From Faecalimonas sp. (GTDB lineage Bacteria > Bacillota > Clostridia > Lachnospirales > Lachnospiraceae): 64,000 nt of DNA. Both the position numbers and the translations under genes were made by a program. Where the stretch lies: assembly GCA_045578495.1 (NCBI GenBank), contig JAZNKI010000031.1, positions 233 to 64,232 on the forward strand. The letters are read 5' to 3'. The notes under the pieces are model-generated. The model made no database searches. It worked only from the letters and a program-made list of their open reading frames with translations, and was not told where the DNA came from. Positions 1 to 10,226 of this stretch are shown here, piece after piece; positions within the stretch are counted from its first letter, which is position 1; each line of letters starts with the position of its first letter.

Positions 1-1293
1 CGCAAATGCTGCGCAGCGGAGGCTGCTTTGAAGGCAGAAGGGTTGGATTTAGTTTCCGTATATCCAATTGCAGATGACTATGAAGAAAAGGATGTGGCAA
101 AAGCAGTTGCTGCATTAGAGAATGAAAATTTTGATGCAGTAGTAGTGTGCATCGCAGGTTGGATTCCAACACATGCAGTATTAAAAGTAACAGAGCACTA
201 CAGACATCTTCCAATGGTTCTGTGGGGACTCTGCGGATGGTATGAAGAGGACAGACTTGTTACAACTGCAGACCAAGCAGGAACAACAGGACTTCGTGCA
301 ACATTTGAGGGACTTGGATACAAATTTAAATATGTATACGACATCATCGGTAAAAAGACAAGAAGTGATGTTGTAGCAGATTACTGTCAGGCTGCAATTA
401 CAGCAAAACAATTACTTACTGATAAGGTAGGTATGGCAGGATACCGTGACATGAACCTCTACGGAACATTGTATGATGGATTGTCGCTCAAAAAAGAGAC
501 AGGTGTTGAAATCGAAACATTTGAAATGCTTGAAATCCAGCAGAGATATGAAAAACTTACAGAAGAAGAAAAGAGAGACGTTGTAAATAATAGAATCCTC
601 AAATGGAACTTCTTAAAGCCTGCTAACGATGATGCTATGATGATGGCAGCTGGATATTATTTGGCAGTAAAACAGATTGCAGAAGAGAGAAATTACAAAG
701 CAATTTCCCTCAAGGATGTTGACGGTATGAAGAAGCTTTGCGGATTCCCACCAGCACCAATTTTTATGCTTCTCTCAGAAGATGGATATACAACAGTGCC
801 TGAAAACGATTCTCTTGGAGCAGTTACACAGCTTATGATGAAAAACTTAACAGGACAACTTGCAGGATACTTAGAGTTCTATGAATTTTTCGATAACAGT
901 GTACTTGCAGGTGTTCCGGACTTTGTTGCAGCGGATATGGTAGATGGAGATACATACACAGTGATTCCAGCAGCATTTGGTGCACTTAACCAAGGTATTC
1001 TCAATGTATCAAAGGTTAAGACAGGTACAGTTACCATGAGCCGTCTGACATATATGAATGGTAAATATGTGATGCAAATGGTACTTGGTAATGGTAAGAC
1101 ACCACCGAAGTGGGAAGAGTGTGGCTGGGATCAGCCGGCACCACAACTTTCAGCACTTGAGATTGAACTTCCAAGCGTAGAGAGATTTGCAGATAACGTG
1201 GCTTGTCAGCATTATATCATTACATATGGTGATAACCGTGCGAAGATTAAGAATTTGTGTTCAATTTTAGGGATTGAAGTTTTTGAGATGTAA
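1..1293 (+). CDS. L-fucose/L-arabinose isomerase-family protein (5' end probably outside window)
   Basis: Frame open from base 1. Overall pattern resembles FucI/AraA-like isomerases (..PEND..GAVT, C-terminal ACQHYIITYG). Confidence 0.65.
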   Translation, partial: RKCCAAEAALKAEGLDLVSVYPIADDYEEKDVAKAVAALENENFDAVVVCIAGWIPTHAVLKVTEHYRHLPMVLWGLCGWYEEDRLVTTADQAGTTGLRATFEGLGYKFKYVYDIIGKKTRSDVVADYCQAAITAKQLLTDKVGMAGYRDMNLYGTLYDGLSLKKETGVEIETFEMLEIQQRYEKLTEEEKRDVVNNRILKWNFLKPANDDAMMMAAGYYLAVKQIAEERNYKAISLKDVDGMKKLCGFPPAPIFMLLSEDGYTTVPENDSLGAVTQLMMKNLTGQLAGYLEFYEFFDNSVLAGVPDFVAADMVDGDTYTVIPAAFGALNQGILNVSKVKTGTVTMSRLTYMNGKYVMQMVLGNGKTPPKWEECGWDQPAPQLSALEIELPSVERFADNVACQHYIITYGDNRAKIKNLCSILGIEVFEM

Positions 1294-1326
1294 ACCAAAT
1301 GCTTTAAAGAAAAATGAGATGCAACG

Positions 1327-1361
1327 GTGTGTCTTCGACAGTTGCAGCGTCGAAGACACAC
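1327..1361. repeat. Perfect 13-bp inverted repeat (hairpin)
   Basis: GTGTGTCTTCGAC-N9-GTCGAAGACACAC just after the isomerase stop; no U-tract. Confidence 0.75.
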
Positions 1362-1641
1362 GAAAGTAAAATTCTATATGTTTGTATTGTACAAACATAT
1401 CTACATTCAAGGCGTTTCGCTACAAAATTTCAACGGATTTATAACTGAATAGAGGGAAGGTGAGAGTATGATTGTGTAAAGAACAACGAGAAATTGTTGT
1501 TGTGATTGTTACTATAACTATGTTAAACTGAAGGAGAAAAATATGAATCAAAAGAAAAGATTGCAGCGGATTTTATGGAAGATATATCGGTTATAGAACA
1601 GATCGTAGAGGATTATTATACAAAAAGGTAAGAGGTATATT

Positions 1642-2517
1642 ATGGAAACACGATGGCTACACGTTACAAGTGAAGAATTCGAATCCTTAAGAGAGGCATC
1701 CAAGGATACTTGCCTGATTCCAATGGGATGTGTGGAAAAGCATGGACTACATTTGCCGTTGGGAACAGATATCTTACAAGCTAGCAAAATTGCTTATATG
1801 GCATCTCAGATGGAGACCGTTTGTGTATTTCCAGATTTTACATTCGGGGATATTTCTGAAAATACGAAAACTGCACCGCCAGGAAATGTGGTGATGCCAG
1901 TCGAATTGGAGATGCAACTTTTGGAAACGTTTTGCGAACAGATTGCCCGCAACGGATTTAAGAAAATTATGATTTATAATGGCCATGGAGGTAATGTTTC
2001 TTGGCTATCCACATTTCTTCGAAAAGTTGAAAATAAGCCGCATGATTATGTGTTAGTTAATGTGAATATTAAATGCGATATTATGGGACGAATGGCTCGG
2101 GAATTGGAAAAGCAAGGAAGTGGACATTTTCCGGAATTGATTCCAGAAGATGAAGAGCTCATTTTAGAGGTTGGAAACAAGAAGATAAAAGATGGACATT
2201 GTGGATATACAGAGACGGCTTATATTTATGGTTCGTATCCTGAATGTGTTCATATGGAAAAACTCGGACTTATCAGTGGGAAAAGTCGAAACCTAACAGG
2301 GGCTTATAAAGGAGCGGGCATTCAGATTCGAGACCATGGATGGGGCATAAATTTCCCAAACTGGATGGATAGCGACGACCCTGTTGGATGTAATGAAAGA
2401 ATTGGAAAGACCGCATTGCAGATAGAAGCTGAGAGACTTGCAAATGCGATTAAGATTATAAAAGAAGATAAGAATCTTATTAAGTGGCATAATGAGATGT
2501 GGGGCACAAAAATATAG
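1642..2517 (+). CDS. Creatininase / creatinine amidohydrolase family protein
   Basis: Family motifs PMGCVEKHGLHLPLGTD, NGHGGN, GHCGYTET. Confidence 0.85.
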   Translation: METRWLHVTSEEFESLREASKDTCLIPMGCVEKHGLHLPLGTDILQASKIAYMASQMETVCVFPDFTFGDISENTKTAPPGNVVMPVELEMQLLETFCEQIARNGFKKIMIYNGHGGNVSWLSTFLRKVENKPHDYVLVNVNIKCDIMGRMARELEKQGSGHFPELIPEDEELILEVGNKKIKDGHCGYTETAYIYGSYPECVHMEKLGLISGKSRNLTGAYKGAGIQIRDHGWGINFPNWMDSDDPVGCNERIGKTALQIEAERLANAIKIIKEDKNLIKWHNEMWGTKI

Positions 2518-2541
2518 AAGGATGCAAAAGCATCCTTCTAT
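2514..2541. terminator. Probable bidirectional terminator hairpin
   Basis: ATAGAAGGATGC-AAAA-GCATCCTTCTAT between convergent genes. Confidence 0.7.
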
Positions 2542-3041
2542 TATTTTACTTCGTATTCAAGAATGAAATCGTCCATAACAAAGCCATTTCCGATATCTGT
2601 TACTTCTTCGCGCACCTTTTTAAATCCTAAGCGTTCGTAGACAGCAAGAGAGCTGACGTTATTGCGATTACATGTAAGCCAAATCTTTTTAAGATTTCTC
2701 AACTTACAAATCTCCACAAATTTTTGGAACATGTATTTTCCAATGCCTTTTCCGCGAAACTCTTTATCTACATATAACTTGCTTAAGAATAGTTCTCCGT
2801 CTTTTTCTAAGATTGCAGCGAACCCTGCAAATGTATAGTCATATGAGAATAAGAAATATTCGTATCCAGAATTGATTTGCTCTACGATAGCATCTGGTGA
2901 CAAGAATTTTTCGACCATATATTCAACCTGCGCTGCACCGATAATCGGAGTATAGTGTTCTTCCCAAATCGCTTCGGCAACTGCGTATACAGAGTAAACC
3001 AGTTCCATATTTGTGACAGGCATAATTCTTAATTTTTTCAT
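2541..3041 (-). CDS. GNAT family N-acetyltransferase
   Basis: Acetyl-CoA motif LYVDKEFRGKGIG and N..SLAVYERLGF. Start moved to ATG at 3041 (GGAGG upstream). Confidence 0.85.
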   Translation of the reverse strand: MKKLRIMPVTNMELVYSVYAVAEAIWEEHYTPIIGAAQVEYMVEKFLSPDAIVEQINSGYEYFLFSYDYTFAGFAAILEKDGELFLSKLYVDKEFRGKGIGKYMFQKFVEICKLRNLKKIWLTCNRNNVSSLAVYERLGFKKVREEVTDIGNGFVMDDFILEYEVK

Positions 3042-3153
3042 AAGTAAAGTATCCTCCGTAAATTTATAATTGTTTAATAAATGTATTCTATCACGGAATG
3101 GAATCTTATGGTATAATAAAATGCAGAAAAAACAGCAAAAGGAGAAATAAGAC

Positions 3154-5106
3154 ATGACAGTAAAACACGGAAGTCTTTCCATTAACAGTGAAAATATTTT
3201 CCCAATTATAAAGAAATGGATGTATTCAGATCATGATATTTTTATAAGAGAGTTAATTTCAAATGGTTGTGATGCAATTACCAAATTGAAAAAGTTAGAT
3301 ATGATGGGTGAATACCAGATGCCAGACGACTACAAGGCAAGCATTCAAGTGGTGGTGAATCCAGAAGAGAAAACATTGAAATTTATAGATACAGGTTTGG
3401 GAATGACTGCAGAAGAGGTAGAAGAATATATCACCCAAATTGCATTTTCCGGAGCTACAGAATTTTTGGAAAAATATAAAGACAAGACGACAGAGGACGA
3501 TATGATTGGCCACTTTGGTCTTGGATTCTATTCCGCATTTATGGTGGCGGATGAGGTGCATATAGATACCTTGTCTTACAAAGAAGGAGCTACTCCGGTG
3601 CATTGGACCTGTGATGGTGGAACTGAATATGACATGGAAGAAGGAGAAAAAGAGATAGTTGGAACCTCCATCACACTCTTTTTAAATGAAGACAGTGTTG
3701 AATTTTCAAACGAGTACCGAGTGCGAGAAGTAATTGAAAAATATTGTTCCTTTATGCCAGTGCCAATCTACCTTTCAAAGGAGAATGCAGAGCAAGAATA
3801 TGAGACGATTCCAGCTGACGAATTGACGGAAGACGATGTAGTAGTAGAGCATATTCATGAAGAGGATGAAACAGAAGAAAAAGTAAAAATCAATAAACGT
3901 CCGGTTGCATTAAATGACACCACTCCACTTTGGGCGAAGCATCCAAACGAATGTGATAAGGATGATTATATTGGATTTTATCGCAAAGTATTTATGGATT
4001 ACAAAGAGCCTTTGTTCTGGATTCATTTGAATATGGACTATCCATTTAACTTAAAAGGTATTCTTTATTTTCCAAAAATCAATACAGAGTATGATTCAGT
4101 AGAAGGAAAGATTAAGTTATATAACAACCAAGTATTCATTGCAGATAATATCAAAGAAGTGATTCCAGAATTCTTGATGGTATTAAAAGGAGTTATTGAT
4201 TGCCCGGATTTGCCGCTCAATGTATCTCGTAGTGCATTGCAAAATGATGGATTTGTAAATAAGATTTCTGAGTATATTTCAAAGAAAGTGGCGGACAAAC
4301 TTTCTGGAATGTGCAAGACCGACAAAGAAACGTATGAAAGCTATTGGGATGATATTAGCCCATTCATCAAGTTTGGTTGTCTGAAAGACAATAAGTTCTG
4401 TGATAAGATGAGTGACTATATGCTATTCAAAAACTTGGAGCATAAGTACTTGACACTCAAAGAATGTGTAGAGAAAAATGGCAATGAAGAAGCCAAAGAA
4501 GTTACAATCTATTATGTGACAGATGAGCAACAACAAAGTCAATATATCAACATGTTCAAAGCAGAAGGAATGGATGCGGTGATTCTCACACACAATATTG
4601 ATACTCCATTTATCAGTCAATTGGAGCAGAGAAATGAAAATGTGAAGTTCCAACGTATTGACGCAGATTTGACAGAGACATTTAAGCAAGAAGTAGGAGA
4701 AGACGAAGAAGAAACTTTCAAGACAAATACAGAGACTTTGACAGAAATTTTCAAAAAAGCTTTGGAAAAAGAGAACTTAGATGTAAAAGTAGAAAAGTTA
4801 AAGAATGAAAATGTGGCATCTATGATGACTCTTTCAGAAGAATCCCGCCGTATGCAAGATATGATGAAGATGTATGGAATGATGGGGATGGACCCTAGTA
4901 TGTTTGGAACAGATGTGACATTGGTATTAAATGCAAATCATCCACTTGTAAAATATGTGTTGGAGCACAAAGATGGAGAACACACTGCATTGTTCTGCAA
5001 ACAATTATATGATTTGGCATTGCTTAGTAATAAACCATTAAGTCCAGAGGAAATGACAGAATTTATTAAGAGAAGCAATGAGATTATGCTATTACTTGCA
5101 AAATAA
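3154..5106 (+). CDS. htpG: Molecular chaperone HtpG (Hsp90)
   Basis: FIRELISNGCDA, DTGLGMT, IGHFGLGFYSAF, DLPLNVSR. Confidence 0.97.
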   Translation: MTVKHGSLSINSENIFPIIKKWMYSDHDIFIRELISNGCDAITKLKKLDMMGEYQMPDDYKASIQVVVNPEEKTLKFIDTGLGMTAEEVEEYITQIAFSGATEFLEKYKDKTTEDDMIGHFGLGFYSAFMVADEVHIDTLSYKEGATPVHWTCDGGTEYDMEEGEKEIVGTSITLFLNEDSVEFSNEYRVREVIEKYCSFMPVPIYLSKENAEQEYETIPADELTEDDVVVEHIHEEDETEEKVKINKRPVALNDTTPLWAKHPNECDKDDYIGFYRKVFMDYKEPLFWIHLNMDYPFNLKGILYFPKINTEYDSVEGKIKLYNNQVFIADNIKEVIPEFLMVLKGVIDCPDLPLNVSRSALQNDGFVNKISEYISKKVADKLSGMCKTDKETYESYWDDISPFIKFGCLKDNKFCDKMSDYMLFKNLEHKYLTLKECVEKNGNEEAKEVTIYYVTDEQQQSQYINMFKAEGMDAVILTHNIDTPFISQLEQRNENVKFQRIDADLTETFKQEVGEDEEETFKTNTETLTEIFKKALEKENLDVKVEKLKNENVASMMTLSEESRRMQDMMKMYGMMGMDPSMFGTDVTLVLNANHPLVKYVLEHKDGEHTALFCKQLYDLALLSNKPLSPEEMTEFIKRSNEIMLLLAK

Positions 5107-5120
5107 ATAAAAAGCAATCA

Positions 5121-5148
5121 AAAAGGGAATGCCGAAGCATTCCCTTTT
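5121..5148. terminator. Bidirectional intrinsic terminator
   Basis: AAAAGGGAATGC-CGAA-GCATTCCCTTTT between convergent genes. Confidence 0.85.
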
Positions 5149-5152
5149 GTCA

Positions 5153-6508
5153 TTAAATAAATAGTCCCCATACAAGTCCCAAAAGTAAGGAAGCGATTAC
5201 TGGGATGATACAAGATGTCACACAGATATCTAAGTAAGATTCTTTGTGTTTACAGTTAGAAACTGCGAGTAGTGTAAGTACTGCGCCATTGTGTGGCAAG
5301 GTATCAAGTCCTCCGGAAGCAAGTGAAGCAATACGGTGTAAGTATTCTGGACTTAAGCCAATTGCTGCAGCCTTTTCCAAGTACTGAGCACCTAACGTGT
5401 CTAATGCAATGGACATACCTCCGGAAGCAGAACCCGTGGCACCTGCCAGCACATTAACCGCAACTGCCTCTGAGAATAGAATAGAGCCAGGCATATTTAA
5501 CATGGCTGTTTTTAATAAAGCAAATCCAGGAACGATTTTTACTACGGAACCAAATCCTACAGCACAGGCAGTATTCATAATTGCGCTCAGGGAACCATTT
5601 GCTCCTTCGTTGATAGCTGGGAGCAATTGTTTTAATTGATGTGCGTTCATTAAGCAAACCACAAGAATTCCGGCAATTAAAGCGATAATAATGGATTCAC
5701 TAGATTCTAATTTGATATTTTTATATTTTTCCAGTAAACCCGGAAGAACATTGAGCATCAAAACAACTACAAGCAATGGAAGTAATCCGCATAACCAGTG
5801 CCATTTTGGTTGTTCTTTTCCTTCTGTAGATGCTTCTACGTGTTTTGGGTCTTCTATAAAATGCAGACCTTTCTTGCGTGCGTTTTTTGCGCGCCATTCC
5901 AAATATATGTATCCCGGAACACCAATCAAAATAGCAGCAATTAAGCCCATAAGCGGAGCAGCAGTAGCGGTTGTTCCATAATATGTAGTCGGAATCAAGT
6001 TTTGAATCTGTGGTGAACCAGGAAGCGCGGTCATTGTAATTCCAAAAGCACCGAAGGCGATTGCTCCAGGAAGCAATTGACGTGGCAAATCTGCTTCGCG
6101 ATAGATGGCATATCCCATTGGGTAGATTACAAATACTACTACAAAAAGTGAGATTCCTCCGTATGTCATAAGTAGACAAGGAAGAACGACTGCTAAAATT
6201 GCAAATTTGGAACCAATCAAAGAAACTAACTTGTTTGCCAAAGAACGGGCAGAACCTGTGCGGTCCATAATTTTTCCGTATACAGCTCCCAAGAAAAATG
6301 CTGGGAACCATGACACGATGTAACCGGCAGTTCCTTGCATATAGTCTCCCAAGTAGGAGTCTAGTAGGTTAGCACCGCCGAAAAGTGCGACGATTAGAGC
6401 ACATACTGGTGCAACCCAAATGATGGAATGTCCACGGTAAGCAAAAACAATCAGAGCGACCAAGCCCACGATAATGCCTACCAGTGAAATAATAGAAGTT
6501 GCTGACAT
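5153..6508 (-). CDS. GntP-family (organic acid:H+) permease
   Basis: Multi-TM protein with PGSPQIQN, GATGSASGG and DTLPHNG motifs. Start set at ATG 6508 (GGAG upstream). Confidence 0.8.
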   Translation of the reverse strand: MSATSIISLVGIIVGLVALIVFAYRGHSIIWVAPVCALIVALFGGANLLDSYLGDYMQGTAGYIVSWFPAFFLGAVYGKIMDRTGSARSLANKLVSLIGSKFAILAVVLPCLLMTYGGISLFVVVFVIYPMGYAIYREADLPRQLLPGAIAFGAFGITMTALPGSPQIQNLIPTTYYGTTATAAPLMGLIAAILIGVPGYIYLEWRAKNARKKGLHFIEDPKHVEASTEGKEQPKWHWLCGLLPLLVVVLMLNVLPGLLEKYKNIKLESSESIIIALIAGILVVCLMNAHQLKQLLPAINEGANGSLSAIMNTACAVGFGSVVKIVPGFALLKTAMLNMPGSILFSEAVAVNVLAGATGSASGGMSIALDTLGAQYLEKAAAIGLSPEYLHRIASLASGGLDTLPHNGAVLTLLAVSNCKHKESYLDICVTSCIIPVIASLLLGLVWGLFI

Positions 6509-6635
6509 ATTTTCATCCTCCAATATTTTCTTTTGTTTATATTGTAAAAAGAATAAACATATAAGACAAATTCATAAATGGTTGATTGTTTATGTCTTTT
6601 TGTTATAATTGAAATATAAAAACGGAGGTAATGTT

Positions 6636-7514
6636 ATGGATATTCAACATATAAAATATTTTTTGGAAGTTGCCAGATGTAAGAGCTTTTCCAAAGCAGC
6701 AGAGCATTTGTTTGTGACACAACCCATTTTAACCAGATGTATTAAAAACTTGGAAAAAGAATTAGACATGCCGTTAATTATTCGAAGTACGAAATCCTTT
6801 GCGCTCACGGATGCAGGAGAAGCATTGCTCGTATATGGAAGCCGATTGATAGAACAGCATGAAGATATTTATCGTCATATGCAAGATATAAAAGAATCTA
6901 AAGTAGGAGAAATTCATATATCCAGTCCAGGTGTAATATTAGATCTGTATTTTCCAAAATTGGTTACTGAATATCGAAAAATGTATCCGGGTATTAAAAT
7001 TACGATTAGTGAAAGAGGTTCTCGTTTGACTGCACAAGATGTGTTAGAGGGGAAAGCAGACATTGGATTAGTTATGCTTCCATTAGAGGAAACATGTCAT
7101 CTTAATATCACTCCGATTATACAGGATGAAGTTTGCGTTTTGGTGAGAAAAGATCACAGGTTTGCAAGGAAGGAAAATGTACATATTAAGCAGTTACAAG
7201 GAGTGGAGATTATTACCTATAACAAAAATAACACTCTTTATAATACATTTGTGCAGATGTGTCAGGAACAGGGATTTGTACCGGATATTAGTTATCAGAG
7301 TATGATGCCGAACTTTATTTTGGATGTCATTACGTATGGTAATTGTGTTGGGATTATGCCTGCGCCGATGCTAGAACAGTTTCAAACAGAAGATTTGGTA
7401 TCTATTCCGATTCGACCACATTTTCCGTGGAAGATTGCTATGATCACCAAGAAAGGGCGCTATCTGCCAAACGCGGCAAATAGCTTTTTGACATTTGTAC
7501 AAGAATATTTATAA
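6636..7514 (+). CDS. LysR-family transcriptional regulator
   Basis: N-terminal HTH SFSKAAEHLFVTQPILTRCIKNLEKEL; divergent from the permease; GGAGG RBS at 6624. Confidence 0.92.
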   Translation: MDIQHIKYFLEVARCKSFSKAAEHLFVTQPILTRCIKNLEKELDMPLIIRSTKSFALTDAGEALLVYGSRLIEQHEDIYRHMQDIKESKVGEIHISSPGVILDLYFPKLVTEYRKMYPGIKITISERGSRLTAQDVLEGKADIGLVMLPLEETCHLNITPIIQDEVCVLVRKDHRFARKENVHIKQLQGVEIITYNKNNTLYNTFVQMCQEQGFVPDISYQSMMPNFILDVITYGNCVGIMPAPMLEQFQTEDLVSIPIRPHFPWKIAMITKKGRYLPNAANSFLTFVQEYL

Positions 7515-7997
7515 TAATTCAAATGCAATTTCTTTCTGTTTGAAGAATTTCTGAACCATGATATCCCAAGCTTGTTCTAAGGTTTTGTCCATTGTGAAAA
7601 TTGTCATGGCTGTGCCAGTCACACATTGTAATTTTTGACCGTCAAATTTGAGATTTATGTATAATCCACGAACATCTTCCAACTCGAAATCCAGACCCTG
7701 TTGCTGAATTAGTTTCTCGATATTTGATTCGGATAAACCGAGGACAAATTTGAAATTGAGTGGTGTCTTTTTCCCTTTGATAAGAGAAAAGAAATGTTCG
7801 CGCATATCTTTCCAAAGAGAATAATCTAACTTGGGGATTTCATTTTCGGCATAGAATTCTTTGTGTAGATAGCCGTCTATATGAAAGGTATTAAAAGTGG
7901 TGACTTCACCCTCCACAAACAGAAACGAATCAAATGTTTCTGATAATAATAATTTTGACATGCATTCTTTGACTTCTGTCAGTGATAAAGCAATCAT
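7509..7997 (-). CDS. Conserved hypothetical protein (resembles DUF5721)
   Basis: GGAGG RBS; recalled resemblance to a Lachnospiraceae family, not verified. Confidence 0.6.
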   Translation of the reverse strand: MIALSLTEVKECMSKLLLSETFDSFLFVEGEVTTFNTFHIDGYLHKEFYAENEIPKLDYSLWKDMREHFFSLIKGKKTPLNFKFVLGLSESNIEKLIQQQGLDFELEDVRGLYINLKFDGQKLQCVTGTAMTIFTMDKTLEQAWDIMVQKFFKQKEIAFELL

Positions 7998-8102
7998 GCA
8001 TGGACCTCCTTTGTATAAAATACTTCTAATATTGAAATTATATTACCATATTTTATAGTATAACAGATACTTGGAAAAAATACATTCTGTTTTTGCGAAA
8101 CG

Positions 8103-8131
8103 TTGACTTTTGCGTGGCAAAACAGTATGAT
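8103..8131 (+). promoter_or_regulatory. Sigma-A-type promoter
   Basis: TTGACT-N17-TATGAT upstream of the aminopeptidase operon. Confidence 0.65.
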
Positions 8132-8160
8132 GAAAAGTGTAATAACAGGGAGAAAATAGC

Positions 8161-9444
8161 ATGAAAAAGATAGAAAAATTATTTCAATTTATAGAGAACG
8201 CAACTTCACAGTTTCATACAATAGAAGCGACAAAAAAACAACTGGAAGCGAATGGATTTCAAGAACTTTCGTTGAAAGAAAGTTGGACACTCGAAAAAGG
8301 TGGGAACTATTTTTTGACACATCATGGTTCCACCATTTTTGCATTTACTGTAGGATCAGATTTTCAACCAGAAGAAGGATTTCGAATTGCAGCTGCGCAT
8401 GGTGATTTTCCAGGATTTCGTATCAAACCAAATGCGGAAATGAAACAGGGAGGATACTTGCAATTAAATACGGAAACTTATGGAGGAGCGATTCTTTCGA
8501 CTTGGATGGACCGACCATTATCTGTGGCTGGACGTGTGGTTTTGAAATCAGATGATGTATTTCATCCAGACGTTCGTTTAGTCGATTTCAAAAAGCCGAT
8601 ATTAATGATTCCAAATTTGGCGATTCATTTCAATCGTGAAGTCAACAAAGGGGTGGAATTGAAAAAACAGGTAGACATGGTGCCAATCTATGGAGTGGAT
8701 TCTGAGCAGATGGAAACACAAACATTTATGAGCTACTTGGCAAAGGAACTAGATGTAAATGTTGATGAAATTTTAGATTATGAATTAACTATTTACAATA
8801 CAGACAAAGCAACTTTAGTGGGGATGGAAGATGCATTTATTTCAGCGCCAAGATTGGATAACTTGAGTTCATCCCAAGCGTTGATTGAAGGGATTACGAA
8901 AGGAACTAGAAGTCAAGGTTTGAATATGATGATTATCTTTGACCACGAGGAGATTGGAAGCAGAAGTAAACAAGGTGCGGCATCTATTTTGTTGAATGTC
9001 ATTTTAGAAAAAATATATGATTCACTTCATTTCACCAGAATGGATTTTGCAAATGCATTGGAAGAGAGTTTGATGATTTCAGCAGACGTTAGTCATGCAT
9101 TTCACCCAAACTATGCGTCAAAATATGATCTGACAAACCGAAATGTAATCAATCGTGGTTTCTCGATTAAAGAAGCATCATCGCAAAGTTATGCTACGGA
9201 TAGCGAAGCGATAGGTGTTGTGCAACAGATTTGTGAAAAAGAGGGAATTCCATATCAGAAATTTGTCAACCATTCGGATATGGCAGGCGGGGGAACCTTG
9301 GGGGCAATCGCTTCGGCAATGCTTCCGATTCGTACAGTAGACATTGGCATTCCGCTATTGGCAATGCACTCGAGCAGAGAGACAATGGGTGTGGAGGATT
9401 ATAAGGGATTCGTTGCCTTTATGACAGCATATTTTAAACAATAG
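8161..9444 (+). CDS. M18 family (aspartyl) aminopeptidase
   Basis: AHGDFP, RLDNL, DHEEIGS, SADVSHAFHPN, LAMHSSRE. Confidence 0.93.
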   Translation: MKKIEKLFQFIENATSQFHTIEATKKQLEANGFQELSLKESWTLEKGGNYFLTHHGSTIFAFTVGSDFQPEEGFRIAAAHGDFPGFRIKPNAEMKQGGYLQLNTETYGGAILSTWMDRPLSVAGRVVLKSDDVFHPDVRLVDFKKPILMIPNLAIHFNREVNKGVELKKQVDMVPIYGVDSEQMETQTFMSYLAKELDVNVDEILDYELTIYNTDKATLVGMEDAFISAPRLDNLSSSQALIEGITKGTRSQGLNMMIIFDHEEIGSRSKQGAASILLNVILEKIYDSLHFTRMDFANALEESLMISADVSHAFHPNYASKYDLTNRNVINRGFSIKEASSQSYATDSEAIGVVQQICEKEGIPYQKFVNHSDMAGGGTLGAIASAMLPIRTVDIGIPLLAMHSSRETMGVEDYKGFVAFMTAYFKQ

Positions 9445-9452
9445 GAGCAGGT

Positions 9453-10226
9453 ATGGAAATACGTTTGAATAAATATTTAAGCGAAGCAGGGGTTTGTTCT
9501 CGGAGAGAAGCTGATCGACTGATTGAAAGCGGAAAAGTGACGGTAGATGGAAAGCGTGCCGAGATGGGCATGAAAATTTCGGAGTCACAAATCGTGCGAG
9601 TAGGGAAGAAAGAGATTCAGCCGAAAAATGAAATGGTGCTTTTGGTAGTGAATAAACCAGTAGGGATTGTTTGTACAGAAGAGAAAAAAGAGAAGAATAA
9701 TATTATTCGTTTTTTGGATTATCCAACCAGAATTACTTATATTGGGCGATTGGATAAGGATTCGGAAGGATTACTTTTGATGACCAATAATGGAGACATC
9801 ATTAATAAAATGATGCGTTCCGGAAATCAGCATGAAAAAGAATATAAGGTAACGGTAAATAAGCCGATTACATCGGAGTTTATTGAGAAAATGGCAAATG
9901 GAATCCCGATTTTAGATACAGTCACAAGAAAATGTGAAGTTGAAATGATTGGGAAATATAAGTTTCGCATTGTGTTGACACAGGGATTGAATCGACAAAT
10001 CCGACGGATGTGTGAATACTTGGGTTACAAGGTGACTCGATTAGAACGAATTCGTGTGATGAATATTGAGTTGGGGAATTTGAAACCGGGTGAGATGCGA
10101 AAGGTAACAGAAGAAGAGATTGCGAGGCTCTATGAATTGATTAAAGATTCTTCAAATGAGACAGTGAGGATAGAAGATGGAACAGAACAAACAGCGCATG
10201 CAAGAATTGGTAGAGATTTTAAATAA
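9453..10226 (+). CDS. rluF: 23S rRNA pseudouridine synthase (RsuA family, RluF-like)
   Basis: S4 domain RLNKYLSEAGVCSRREAD; catalytic GRLDKDSEG; QGLNRQIRRM. Confidence 0.85.
   Translation: MEIRLNKYLSEAGVCSRREADRLIESGKVTVDGKRAEMGMKISESQIVRVGKKEIQPKNEMVLLVVNKPVGIVCTEEKKEKNNIIRFLDYPTRITYIGRLDKDSEGLLLMTNNGDIINKMMRSGNQHEKEYKVTVNKPITSEFIEKMANGIPILDTVTRKCEVEMIGKYKFRIVLTQGLNRQIRRMCEYLGYKVTRLERIRVMNIELGNLKPGEMRKVTEEEIARLYELIKDSSNETVRIEDGTEQTAHARIGRDFK

Noticed and set aside
1435-1446. 12-mer GGATTTATAACT shared with 51470-51481
   Set aside because: Exact 12-mer matches are expected by chance in 64 kb of AT-rich DNA.
3042-3153. CIRCE/HrcA site at htpG
   Set aside because: No TTAGCACTC-N9-GAGTGCTAA match.
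10177-10226. 50-bp overlap of rluF and ligA
   Set aside because: Ordinary stop-codon drift or translational coupling; both genes look intact.
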